A stretch of DNA of 64,000 nucleotides from Mobula hypostoma (Eukaryota): contig NC_086097.1 in NCBI RefSeq assembly GCF_963921235.1, forward strand, positions 86,368,001 to 86,432,000. The letters are read 5' to 3'. Shown in pieces: positions 25,428-38,254 of this stretch. The translations under genes and the position numbers were made by a program. The notes beneath the pieces were generated by a model. It made no database searches. It had not been told where the DNA came from and saw only the letters and a program-made list of their open reading frames with translations. The first letter of the stretch is position 1; every line of letters starts with the position of its first letter.

Positions 25428-26641
25428 ATCTAAAGTATTTTTCAGATACATAAAGAGTAAAAGAGAGACAGGCGTGGACATCAGACTGCTGGAAAATGAC
25501 ACTGGAGAGGTAGTAATTGGGAACAAACAAAAGGCAAATTCACTGAAAAAGTATTTTGCATCTGCCTTCACTGTGGAAGAGACAGGCAGCATGCCAGAAA
25601 TTCAAAAGTGTCAGAGGGCAGAAGTAAGTGTATTTGTTATTTCTAAGAAAAGGTGCATGGGAAGCTGAACATCTGAAGGTAGAAGCCACCTTTACCAATG
25701 GACTACACTCCAGATTTCTGAAGGAGGTAGCTGAAGAGATTGTGAAAGCATTAGCAGTGATCTTTCAAGAATCACTCAATCCTGAAATGGTTCCTGAGGA
25801 CTGGAAGGTTGCAAATATCATTCCACTCTTCAAGAAGGGAGGGAGGCAAAGGAAGGGAAATTATAGGCTGGTTAGCCTGACTTCAGTGGTTGGCAAGATG
25901 TTAGAGTCCATTATTGAGGATGTGACTTCGGGTCCTTGGAGGCACACAATAAAATAGCTAAAGACATCATGGTTTCCTTTAGGGGAAATCTTGTTTAACA
26001 AAGGTTAGAACTATTTGATTAAATAGCCGGCAGCATAGACAAAGGAGAGTCAGTGCATGTTGCTTACTTGGATATTCAGGTATTTGACAAGGTACATGGG
26101 GCTGCTAAGCAAGATAAGAGACCATGGTATTACAAGAAAGAAACTAACATGGATAGAACATTGGCTGATTGGCAGGAACAAACAAGTGAGAATAAAGGGG
26201 ACGTTTTCTGCTTGACTGCTGGTTACTTGCGATGTTCTGCAAGGGTCAGCGTTGGCATCACTTCTTTGCATGCTATATTTTAATGACCTGGATGACAGAA
26301 TTGAAGGCTTTGTGGTCAAATTTGCAGATTATACAAAGGTAGGTGGAGGGACACGTAGTGTTGAGAACCAGGTGGCCTGCAGAAGGACTTAGACAGATCT
26401 GGAGAACGGGCAATGAAGTGGCAGATGGAATACAGTGCAGAGAAGTGCATGGTCATGTACTTTGATAGAAAGAATAAAGGCATAAACAATTTTCTGAGTA
26501 GGGAGTGAATTCAGAAATTGGAAATCCAAAAGGACTTGGTAGTCCAAGTGCAGGATTCCCTAAATGTTAACTTACAGTTTGAGTTGGTAGTAAGGAAAGC
26601 AAATACAATACTTGTATTTATTTTGAGAGGACTGAAATATA

Positions 26642-26925
26642 CCGTACTGAGCAAAAGTCTTAGGCACATATATATATATCTAGGGTGCTAAAGGCTTTAG
26701 CACAGCACTGTATTTGTCAATGTGAAACAGAGAGCAAGTTTGTAAAACTGGTGGGAGCAAAGGATGGGACTGGTGAGGGTGGAGCACCGTGGGAGGGGTG
26801 TGGGACAGCTGGCAGAGAAGGAGTGCCAGGAATACAGTATAATACATAAAATTACTACAGTACTGTGTAAAAGTTTTATTCAGCCAAGCAGTAATATATG
26901 TGCCCGAGACTTTTGCACAGTACTG
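26642..26925. mobile_element. Tc1/mariner MITE
   Basis: TIR ~CAGTACTGTGCAAAAGTCTTAGGCAC; TA duplication within the CR1 sequence gaaatata|aaagc. Confidence 0.85.
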
Positions 26926-28029
26926 TAAAAGCAAAGATGTAATGCTGAAGTTTTATAAGGCATTGTTCAAAGCACATTTGCAGTATCGTAGGCAGTTTTT
27001 TGCCCCATATATATAAAGAATGTACTAGTATTGGAGAGGGTTTAGAGGAAGTTTATAAGAATGATCCAGTGTGTGAGAGGGTTAACACTGAGGAGGTTTT
27101 GATGGCTCTGGGCCTGTACTCACCAGAGTTTAGAAGAACAAGAAGGGATCTCACTGAAACCTAATGAATATTGAAAGACCTAGATGGAGTGGACGTAGAG
27201 AGGGTGTTTCTTATAGAAGGGAGCGTAGGACCAGAGGGCACAGCCTCAAAATAGGAAGATGTTCCTTTGGAACAGAGATGAGGAGGAATTTCTTTAGCTA
27301 GAGGGTGGTGAATCTGTGGAATTCATTGCCGCAGACAGCTGTGGAGGTCAAGTCATTAGGTATATTCAAAGCAGGTAGGCTGATGCTTTCTTGATTATTA
27401 AGGATGTCAAATGTTACAAGGAGGAGTTAGGTGAATGGGATTGAGGGGGAATATAAATCAGCCATGGTCGATTGGCAGAGCAGATTCAATGGGCTCAATG
27501 ACCTGATTCTGCTCTTACATCTAAGACAGAGTGACTTCGAAATGTCTACTCATCTGCTCTAAAGAGATAGGAAGTATTATCATTGCAATTAAGGTAAAAG
27601 GCAAGCAGTAACGTCCTGTGAGGCAGTCAGACATTTCAGCCACTTTCTTTGGAATGGATGGTAGTGGAGAGGGAGTTTATACGGGGATGATATGTGTGTG
27701 AAGCATCACCCTACCGCTTGAGGAGCAAGCAGTGCAGGGAACAATGGGCCTTCACTTGAGAATGGACAGTTAGCCAATGCCTGGGAATATGGTTCTGCCT
27801 TCTGATTTTATGACTATGAGCAATGTGAGATTAACCTTGTTAAGGACTGCCTCTCCCCTCTCCCATTTCACCCTGTGACCCTGTGGGAAAATGCCCCACT
27901 CTTTGATAAAATTGTTCCATTCCAGATAAAATTGGAAAATTGGGGAACTGAAAAGCATTGCGACACTGCCAACTAGTGCTGAATTGTACAGAATCTTGTT
28001 GTGTTCATTTGCCTGATGAGACACTCAGC

Positions 28030-29460
28030 CTCCAGGAGGACATTCAGATCTGGCTGGTCTATTAGGTAGCACACAACGTTGACCTGGTGAGCATGCAGTG
28101 CAGTTCACCAACCAGGTGGAGGGTTCCCCCGATGCACTACAGGCAGAGCAATGAGGTGATTTGACTGGCGGGGACCCAAGTGGCCGCTATGTGCGTTTGG
28201 AGATAAGTGATGTCTGATGTTGTATCTTGAACAACTGATTGTCAATATAAACATTGATGTACCATCACCTGGTGGCAAAGTCAACTTTGAACATGGCCAT
28301 TAAACTCCTTTTTAATTTTGATGGCTTTTGAAACTTCTTACCCTTGTGTTTCAATGACTGAGAAGACATTAAAAGATGGCAAAAACCTTTTTTGTGACCA
28401 TAGCATTGGGATTTGCTGGAAATGTGGACCTTGCATGGGCACCATTTCCAACAAGTTGTGGATGGCCATGTAGAGGTCTGCTGAGTGATGATATTTAGGC
28501 CACTGGAAACGGCGTTGACCATGTTGGAATCGTGTTTCAGTTTGATCAAATGCTGGCATTCTTGACTGACAGTTTGTAGTCATATCAGAGTTTTGCTCCA
28601 GTTCGGCCAGGAGCCGTTTGCGAATGGCTGTGTTGTCAGGTGCCAGAAGTCCACAAATAAACATCAGACATTTGAACTGTGATTCGGTCATGTAACCCAG
28701 CTTGAACTTTTCACCTTTGTGATTGACTACACGAATATATGTGATGCAATCACTAGCGACATGTTTGACGAGCTTTAGGTAGTGGTAGTGAGATGACTGC
28801 TCTCCAAAATGTTTACTAGCTGTTGGACAGTTTCATCAAAGAGGTCACGAATGTTCTTAGGCAGGATGACGTTGATATAATGCTCATGTTCAGCAGTATC
28901 CAATTTTCAGAACAAGGTCGTCTCTTACCGACGAACTCAACCCTGAGGATACCTTTGTAATGTTTGAACCAGGATTCAAATATAACTCCAGAAATGACGT
29001 CAAACGGAAGGTTGGTAATGGAAGCTATAACAGACTCACATGAGTTCTGTTCAATGTTTGACACTCATGTCGTTGGACTCACTGATAACCTGCTGGTCAA
29101 GGTTTCGATTAACTCTAAATGGGCTGCCTCCAATTGCTTATTGTAGTACTGTGCATAAGTCTTCTGTTGAAATTGTTATGTTGATATAATACAGCATACC
29201 ATTGCTGATTGTTGTTTTCACTCATCTATATCAACTGGTGAGACCCTGAGTCTGGAGACAGAACTAAGCCAGAACACAGAATAAACCTTTATTCAGCAAA
29301 ACACTCAGCCAAAAACAGAGAAGCTAGAGCAGGACTACCTGAAGCTCACAAAGAACATTCAAGACGTTGTTCGGAACAACGCCTCACTAGAAAATTTCAG
29401 CCTGGAATTGGTTGACAGCTGACCAATAGACATTGGTTGCTTTTGGCTTGCTGTAACAAA
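28030..29460 (-). mobile_element. Degenerate Gypsy gag-protease remnant (K02A2.6/Mag-like)
   Basis: FESWFKHYKGI; QFKCLMFICGL...IRKRLLAELEQ; DTTSDIT protease-like motif ~28225; LTR-like segment with minus-strand AATAAA ~29290. Confidence 0.65.
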
Positions 29461-30557
29461 TCTTACACAGTTGGGATAGATTTTATTGACATTGTAATAA
29501 AGAGAAAGGCAAGTCAGGGCCTGTGACTATAAGAGATTACCAAAGGCAGGACTGTAGTCAGAATTTAGCTCATTTTTCATCCATAAATGAATGTTTGCAA
29601 GACTGAATATCTCTGCTCCCATAGAAAGTTTAGTTTCCTTTTCTTAAAATACTGTTGTGCAGGTATGTTAGCTCCTTGGCCTCTTTGATGAGCCACCCCA
29701 GTTTGTACATTTTTATTTCTTTCATTGGTAGGTTGATTTAGTTTTATTACTGGGCCAATCAACTTAATTGAGAGAGAAAGAAAGACAACATCCACCACTT
29801 TACCCTCGTCAACTTTCCTAGTAACCTCTTCAAAAAATTCAATAAGATTTGTCAAACATGACCTTCTACGCACAAATCCATGTTGACTGTTCCTAATCAG
29901 ACCCTGTCTATCCAGATAATTATATATACCATCTCTAAGGATACTTTCCAACAATTTACCCACCACTGATGTCAAACTCACAGGCCGATAATTGCTAGGT
30001 TTACTCTTAGAACCCTTTTTAAAAAATGGAATAACATGAGCAATACGCCAATCCTCCGGCACCATCCCCATTTCTAACGACATTTGAAATATTTCTGTCA
30101 TAGCCCCTGCTATTTCCACACTAACTTCCCTTAAGGTCCTAGAGAATATCCTGTCAGGACCCGGAGACTTATCCACTTTTATATTCCTTAAAAATGCCTG
30201 TACTTCCTCTTCTTTAATCATCATAAATTCTATAACTACCTTACTTGTTTCCCTTACTTTACAAAATTCAATATCCTTCTCCTTAGTGAATACCGAAAAA
30301 AGAAATTGTTCAAAATCTCCCCCATCTCTTTTGGCTCCTCACATAGCCTTCCACTCTGATTCTCTAAGGGGCCAATTATATCCCTCACTATCCTTTTACT
30401 ATTAATCTAACTGTAGAAACCCTTTGGATTTATCTTCACCTTACCTGGCAAAGCAACCTCATGTCTTCTTTTAGCTTTTCTAATTTCTTTCTTAAGATTC
30501 TTTTTACATTCTTTATATTCCTCGAGCACCTCATTTACTCCAAGCTGCCTATATTTA

Positions 30558-31242
30558 GATTATGAGAACACTCAGTCCTCTTTTATTGTCATTTAGAAAT
30601 GCATACATTCATTAAGAAATGATACAATGTTTCTCCGGCATGATATCACAGAAAATAAGACAGACCAAAGACTAACACTGACAAAACCACAAAATTATAC
30701 CATATAGTTACAGCAGTGCAAAGCAATACCAGAATTTGATGAAGAACAGTCCATAGGCACAGTAAAGAAAATAGTCTCAAAGTCCCCGAGTTGATCGACT
30801 CCCGAGTCCCCGATAGGCGGCAAAAGGGAGAAACTCCCTGCCATAAACCTCCAGGCACCGTCAACTTGCCGATACCTTGGAAGCAGCCAAGCACAGCCAA
30901 CCCTGAGTCCATCCGTCCGAAAACTCTGAGCTTCCGAGCAGCCTCTCCGATACAGCCTCCCGAGCGCCATCCTCTGCCGAGCGCCTTCGACCTCTCCCCG
31001 GCCGCTGAATCACGCAAAGCCAAGGATTTTGAGGCCTTCAGCTCCAGAGATTCTGGTTACCACACAGTAGCAGAGGTAGCAAAGCAGACATTTCAGAAGT
31101 TTTCCAGATGTTCCGCTATGCACTCACGTCTGTCTCCATCAAATCACAGGATTGTGCATGGTCCCCTACTTGACAGATAACAGATATTCATCACCGGAGA
31201 GGCCGTGCGCGCTGTCGTCGCGCTGCCATCTTCTCCCAAATC
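30558..31242 (-). mobile_element. ~680-bp non-autonomous retroposon, copy 2, inserted in CR1
   Basis: Homologous to 11905-12550; TSD TATTTA at 30552-30557 and 31243-31248. Confidence 0.85.
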
Positions 31243-31393
31243 TATTTATTGTAGATCTCTTTCCCCTCTGATTCTATCACACCTGAAGCAACGAAATCCA
31301 GGAATATTTAGTTGCCAATCATACCCCTCCTGCAACCATGTTTCACTAATAGCTACAACATCATATTTCCAGGTATCAATTCATGCTCTAAGA

Positions 31394-34300
31394 CAGGGGT
31401 CCCAAAACTTTTTTGCACCGTGGATGGGTTTAGTATTGACAATATTCTTGCACAGGGGTCCCCAACCTTTTTGGCATTGTGGACCGGCTTACTATTGACA
31501 ATATTCTTGTGGACTGGCCGATGGGTGGGGTGCAGGGGTGAGGGTGGTGGTGTTAATCACGACGGGAGTATAGGTGATAAGTCAACTATAAGTCACTTAT
31601 CAGTGGCTAATACACTCAATTTTGTTTCTAAAGGGGTTTATCTAATGAATTTAATATTAAACACACAGCGCATATTTTCCTCGCATGAATGTAGTGATAA
31701 GTCAATTATAACAGTGGTCCCAAACCTCTGGGTCACAGACTGATACATTGCTGCAAAGAATGCAACGGTACATAGAACATAGAACATAGAACATAGAATA
31801 GTACAGCACAGTACAGGCCCTTCGGCCCACAATGTTGTGCCGACCCTCAAACCCTGCCTTCCATATAAGCCGCCACCTTAGATTCCTCCATATACCTGTC
31901 TAGTAGTCTCTTAAACTTCACGAGTGTATCTGCCTCCACCACTGACTCAGGCAGTGCATTCCATGTACCAAACACTCTCTGAGTAAAAAAACCTTCCTCT
32001 AATATCCCCCTTGAACTTCCCACCCCTTACCTTAAAGCCATGTCCTCTTGTATTGAGCAGTGGTGCCCTGGGAAAGAGGCGCTGGCTATCCACTCTATCT
32101 ATTCCTCTTATTATCTTGTACACCTCTATTATGTCTCGTCTCATCCTCCCTCTCTCCAAAGAGTAAAGCCCTAGCTCCCTTAATCTCTGATCATAATGCA
32201 TACTTTCTAAACCAGGCAGCATCCTGGTAAATCTCCTCTGTACCCTTTCCAATGCTTCCACATCCTTCCTATAGTGAGGTGACCAGAACTGGACACAGTA
32301 CTCCAAGTGTGGCCTAACCAGAGTTTTATAGAGCTGCATCATTACATCGCGACTCTTAAACTCTATCCCTCGACTTATGAAAGCTAACACCCCATAAGCT
32401 TTCTTAACTACCCTATCCACCTGTGAGGCAACTTTCAAGGATCTGTGGACATGTACCCCGAGATCCCTCTGCTCCTCCACACTACCAAGTATCCTGCCAT
32501 TTACTTTGTACTCTGCCTTGGAGTTTGTCCTTCCAAAGTGTACCACCTCACACTTCTCCGGGTTGAATTCCATCTGCCACTTCTCAGCCCACTTCTGCAT
32601 CCTATCAATGTCTCTCTGCAATCTTTGACAATCCTCTACACTATCTATAACACCACCAACCTTTGTGTCGTCTGCAAACTTGCCAACCCACCCTTCTACC
32701 CCCACATCCAGGTCGTTAATAAAAATCACGAAAAGTAGAGGTCCCAGAACAGATCCTTGTGGGACATCACTAGTCACAATCCTCCAATCTGAATGTACTC
32801 CCTCCACCACCACCCTCTGCCTTCTGCAGGCAAGCCAATTCTGAATCTACCTGTCCAAACTTCCCTGGATCCCATGCCTTCTAACTTTCTGAATAAGCCT
32901 ACCATGTGGAACCTCGTCAAATACCTTACTAAAATCCATATAGATCACATCCACTGCACTACCCTCATCTAGACACGATCTGCCCTTCACAAAGCCATGC
33001 TGACTGTCCCTGATCAGACCATGATTCTCTAAATGCCTACAGATCCTATCTCTAAGAATTTTTTCCAACAGCTTTCCCACCACAGACGTAAGGCTCACTG
33101 GTCTATAATTACCCGGACTATCCCTACTACCTTTTTTGAACAAGGGAACAACATTCACCTCCCTCCAATCCTCCGGTACCATATCTCTTCTCTCACCTCG
33201 TGGAGCAGCCTGGGGAATATTCCATCAGGCCCCAGGGACTTATCTGTCCTAATGTATTTTAACAACTCCAACACCTCCTCTCCCTTAATATCAGCATGCT
33301 CCAGAACATCAACCTCACTTATATTGTCCTCACCATCATCAAGTTCCCTCTCGTTGGTGAATATCGAAGAGAAGTATTCATTGAGGATCTCGTTCACTTC
33401 CACAGCCTCCAGGCACATCTTCCCACCTTTATCTCTAATCGGTCCTACCTTCACTCCTGTCATCCTTTTTTTCTTCACTTAATTGAAGAATGCCTTGGGG
33501 TTTTCCTTTACCCTACTCGCCAAGGCCTTCTCATACCCACTTCTTGCTCTTCTCAGCCCCTTCTTAAGTTCCTTTCTTGCTTCCCTATATTCCTCAATAG
33601 ACCCAGCTGTTCCTTGCTTCCTAAACCTCATGTATGCTGCCTTCTTCCTCCTGACTAGATTTTCCACCTCACTTGTCACCCATGGTTCCTTCACCCTACC
33701 ATTCTTTATCTTCCTCACCAGGACAAATTTATCCCTTACATCCTGCAAGAGATCTCTAAACATCGACCACATGTCCATAGTACATTTCCATGCAAAAACA
33801 TCATCCCAATTCATACCCGCAAGTTCTAGCCTTATAGCCTCATAATTTGCCTTTCCCCAATTAAAAATTTTCCTGTCCTCTTTGATTCTATCCTTTTCCA
33901 TGATAATTATAAAGGCCAGGGAGCAGTGGTCACTGTCCCCCAGATGCTCACACACTGAGAGATCTGTGACCTGACCCGGTTCATTACCTAGTACTAGATC
34001 TAGTATGGCATTCCCCCTAGTCGGCCTGTCCACATACTGTGACAGGAATCCATCCTGGACACACTTAACAAATTCTGCCCCATCTAAACCCTTGGAACTA
34101 GTCAGGTGCCAATCAATATTAGGGAAGTTAAAGTCACCCATGATAACAACCCTGTTATTTTTTTCTTTTTATTTTTTATCTTTTTCCCACACTGACATGG
34201 AAGATTCACCGGAAACATTCACAAATGGGTCACGGACCCATTCCTTTGCACGTCTTGGGTCAACAGTGTGCGTTGAAGTTCAACAGTGGGTGTGACAGGG

Positions 34301-34432
34301 AATGAGGAAAGGTGCAGCTGACTCATATCATTTCATATCGCCAAATCATATCGTTTCCCCATGGCCCGCGGCCCGATAGCACATGCTTTGCGGCCCGGTA
34401 CCGGTCCGCAGCCCAGTGGTTGGGGACCACTG
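31394..34432. mobile_element. hAT-Charlie MITE (family of 24265-25427) carrying a CR1
   Basis: TIRs CAGGGGTCCC / GGGGACCACTG; TSD CTCTAAGA (31386-31393) and CTCTAAGC (34433-34440); both arms homologous to the 24265 element. Confidence 0.88.
31771..34158 (-). mobile_element. Relatively young 5'-truncated CR1 LINE with (TTCTATG)n tail
   Basis: ORFs 33479-34141 (GDFNFP, SDH), 33155-33478, 32847-33182 and 31947-32813 (QGSVLGP, FADD); (catagaa)n at 31771-31797. Confidence 0.95.
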
Positions 34433-34702
34433 CTCTAAGCTCATCCACCTTTCTTACAATGCTTCTAGCATTAAAATAGATGCATTTAAGAAACTCTCCA
34501 CCTCTTAGTCTCTGTTTATCCCTAATGGTGCAAACAACTTTATTATCTTTTTCTTCCTTCTCCCCTACATCTTCGGTCTGAGTGCTCCCGCTCTTTGTCC
34601 CCTGCCTATCCTCCCTCACACACTGTCTACTAGCTTTCTCTATTTGTGAACTAACCATCTCTCTCCTAGTCTCTTTAATTTGACTCCCACCCCCCAACCA
34701 TT

Positions 34703-35215
34703 CTAGTTTAAAGTCTCCCCAATAACCTTCGCAAATCTCCCCGCCAGGATATTGGTCACCTTCGGATTCAAGTGCAACCCGTCCCCTTTGTACAGGTCAC
34801 ACCTGCGCCAAAAGAGGTCCCAATGATCCAGAAACTCGAATCCCTGCCCCCTGCTCCAATCTCTCAGCCACGCATTTATCCTCCACCTCATCGCATTCCT
34901 ACTCTCACTGTCGCGTGGCACAGGCAGTAATCCAGAGATTACTACCTTTGCAGTACTTCTTCTCAACTCTCTTCCTAACTCCCTATATTCTCCTTTCAGG
35001 ACCTCTTCCCTTTTCCTACCTACGTCATTGGTACCTATATGTACCATGACCTCTGGCTCCTCACCCTCCCATTTCAGGATATCTTGGACACGATCAGAAA
35101 CATCCCGGACCCTGGCACCAGGGAGGCAAACTACCATCCGGGTCTCTGGACTGCGTCCACAGAATCACCTATCTGACCCGCTAACTATCGAGTCCACTAT
35201 TACTACTGCCCTCCT
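34703..35215 (-). CDS. CR1 ORF1 SGNH/GDSL esterase domain
   Basis: VIVDSIVSG, CLPGARV, HIGTND and DGLHL blocks. Confidence 0.9.
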
Positions 35216-35879
35216 CTTCCTTTCCCTACCCTTCTGAGCTACAGGGCTGGACTCTGTGCCGGAGGCACGGCCACTGTCGCTTCCCCCAGGTAAACTGTCC
35301 CCCCCCCCCCAACAGTACTCAAGCAGGAGAACTTATTGTCAAGGGGCACAGCCACTGGGGTACTCTCTATTACCTGACTCTTCCCCTTCCCCCTCCTAAG
35401 CGTAACCCACTTGTCTGCCTCCCATGGCCCCGGTGTGACCACCTGCCTGTAACTCCTCTCCCTGGCCAGATGAATTTGTTTTGGTTTGATGAGAAAGGAC
35501 AAACAAGTTTCTGCCTGTTCTGCCTGAAATTAATATTGTCAGCAGCCAACATGTGGTGGAGGAATATTGGCCAACACATTATAGAGAGAGCTAATTAATT
35601 TCACTCAATGCTCTGTATTTCTTATGAGTACAAACATTTGAAAATATAGCTAGGAGAAGTCCAGTTGCTCTGACGCGTAGCCATGTGATTGCGACACAGC
35701 TGACCCAGACATGCATTGATTAGTCATGTCAATGATAAAATATTTAAATCCATCTAAAGAAAGGAATCCTGAGAAAACTTTACAACTCCCCACCAAATCA
35801 AATTCCAGACATAGAAATATAGGGTAGCTCTATAACTAACCAATTATTCATACTTTGTGAATAGCAGCCTCAGCCAAGT

Positions 35880-36015
35880 CGCTTGGGTGAATTGTGGTGC
35901 AGTTGGTAGAGCCACTTCAACGCTTTGGGTTCAATTTGAACTTCTGATGGTCTCCATGTGAAGTTCGCACATTCTCCCTGTGACTGCATGGATTTCCACT
36001 TGGTTTTCTCCACTC
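35880..36015 (+). mobile_element. Truncated V-SINE head and V-domain
   Basis: tggtgcagttggtagagc...gggttcaat...tgtgaagttcgcacattctccctgtgactgcatggatttcc. Confidence 0.65.
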
Positions 36016-36069
36016 CATTCATTCTATTTTTCATGAGTACAAGCATTTAAAGATAATGGTCCGGAGAAG

Positions 36070-37045
36070 TCCAGGAAATATTTCCCCTGTAACTGCAGGT
36101 GCTGCAATGTTTGTCTCACACCTTCTCACTCATCTCCATCCAGGGACATGAATAGCCCTTCCAGGTGAGATAGAAGTTCACATGCACCTTCATTTCTACT
36201 GTATTTGGTGCTCCTGATGTGACCTCTGCAATGTGAAGTTGAGCAAGGATTAGTTGATGAATTTATGGAACACCTATGCTCTGTCTACAGTAGCCATCCC
36301 AAGCTTCCAATTTCTTTTCCCATTCCCGCATTGACTTGTCCATTCTTGGCCTTCTCCACTGCCTGGGTGAGGGCCACAAAAACACAAGCAACAACACCTC
36401 ATATTCTGCCTGAGTGATCTATAACACAATGGTATGAACATTTCATTTTCCAGATTCAGTTAACCCTAGCTCTATATCTCCTTCCAATCCTCCTCATGTC
36501 TTCCCATTTCTGATGCTCCTCTGGTCTTGCAATATGCCCCTTCCAGACCCCATCACTTGCTTTGTTCTTTTTCTCCTTCTGGCTCTATCCATGTACTACA
36601 CACACATTACATCTACTGGATCCATACATACCATGCCATTGGTTCTGGTTACATCTGCCATTCACCCCACCTCCTTCCCCAGTGGTTCCCACTATCTTTA
36701 TCCTTATTTATTAGATTACAGCACTGGTGCCCTTTGTATTCTTGGTTATCACTCTCCTAACTATCCCCATTTCTCTCTCCTCTCCCTCCATCTTGTTCTA
36801 TCTGCTTTTTTTTTGTCTCCTCCATCACCTGCCTTTGTCTCCCAACCCCATCCCTCTGCATTCCCATACCTGGCTCGATCTGCCTATGATTATTCAGTCC
36901 CACATCCCTTCCCAAGTTCACCAACCACTCACCAGCCGCAGCCTCATCCCACCCCCCTCTATTACTGGTTATCATCCCTCTCCACTTTTAGTGCTAATGC
37001 AGGGCTTCGACTCAAAAATTCAACAATCACCACAGATGCTCCTGT
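36070..37045 (+). mobile_element. Penelope-like element 3' part (decayed GIY-YIG endonuclease, pyrimidine-rich tail)
   Basis: FPCN..CC.VC, FTCT, YCIWCS, EHLCSV, ILGLLHC, QQHLIF.L, GMNI.FS; ends in a degenerate hammerhead-like segment ~36990-37025. Confidence 0.8.
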
Positions 37046-37089
37046 GACCTGGGGACAATATTTTTGTACCAGAGAGAAATGAGAGATTG

Positions 37090-38252
37090 TTAGATTGTTG
37101 TTGTTCTATGTCTGAGTGAGACTTGGCTTTCTCCAGGAATGCCAGATACAAACTGGAAGGCTTCGAACTTTACAAAATGGATCAAAACGCTGATTTGGAA
37201 ATGGCAGAAGGTAGAGGTGTGTGTTTCATGATAAACTCTCGGTGGTGCAGTTTTGTCAAACTCATCTTCCCCCAACTATGAACACCTAATGATCAAATGC
37301 TGTCCATTCTATTAACCAAGGGAGTTCTCCTCTATAACTCTAACTGCAGTATATGTAACACCAGTGGCTGACTATTTATACGCGCTTGAGATACTGCATG
37401 ATGTCGTCTCCAAACACGAAACAGTCCACCCCAAAACATTTCAATTCATAGTCAGGGACTTCAACTAGGCTTGTTTGAAGAAAATCCTGCCCAATTACCA
37501 TCAGCATATAACTTGTCGTGACCCGAACACTTTAGACCACTATTATACTAAGACAAGGAACGCTTACTGTTCCACGCCCAGACTGCATTTCAGTAAATCA
37601 GATCACTTGATTGTCCTTCTCCTACTTGCATACAGCTAGAGGCTAAGGAGAAAAGCTCCAGAGATTAGGACAATGAAGACGTGGTCACAGGAGGAAGAGG
37701 TGTGGCTAAAGGATTGTTTCTAGTCAGTAGATTGGGTGGTGTTCTGTGGATCTGAATGAATACACAATGGTTGTAACAGACTTTATTAAAACAGTTGTAG
37801 ACAGGTGTGTCCCCACAAAATCATTCAGAGTCTTCAACTAGAAGCCTGGATGACCCATGAGATGAAAAGGCTGAAGGCCAGACCAGAGGCATTCAAGTCT
37901 GGTGACCAAGGAAGTTACAAGAGGTCCTGGTACAATATCCAGAAAGCCACCTCATGGGTGAAATTACAATTACAGACCAAACTTGAATCAACAAACGATG
38001 CTCAACAGTTGTGGCAGGGCTTGAATATTATCACCTGTTTCAAAGTGATATCAAGCAATATAGACGACCGCAGTGCTTCACTTCCAGGTGCCTTCTATGC
38101 TTGCTTTGCTTGTAAAAATATGGCGGAACCATCACAAACTTCCACAGCCTCTGATGAACCTGTGATTTCAGTCTCTGGGGCTGACGTGCGAGTAGCCTTC
38201 AGGATGGTGAACCCACGAAAAGCATCCAGCACAGACAAGTACTAAAGAACTG
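37090..38252 (+). mobile_element. Rex1/Babar-type LINE, endonuclease and linker region, degenerate
   Basis: CCVLCLSETWL, GVCFMINSRWC, SDHL, QQLWQGLNII, VNPRKA. Confidence 0.75.
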
Positions 38253-38254
38253 TG

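Larger units (their letters stand above)
23915..27522 (+). mobile_element. Degenerate CR1 LINE interrupted by a hAT MITE and a Tc1 MITE
   Basis: VPEDWKVANIIPLFKKGGRQRKGNYRLVSLTSVVGK (ORF 25628); CR1 sequence is contiguous across both insertions. Confidence 0.9.
29785..35460 (-). mobile_element. CR1 LINE (ORF1 plus partial ORF2), 3'-truncated, hosting nested insertions
   Basis: ORF1 esterase; EN start FNARSIVRKVDELRA (~34440) resumes as IDTWKYDVVAISETWL (~31380); RT ORF 29577-30224 is highly similar to the CR1 at 1-2077. Confidence 0.92.

Noticed and set aside
36513..37082. 189-aa hydrophobic ORF as a host gene
   Set aside because: Arises from the pyrimidine-rich tail of a Penelope-like element, which is naturally poor in stop codons
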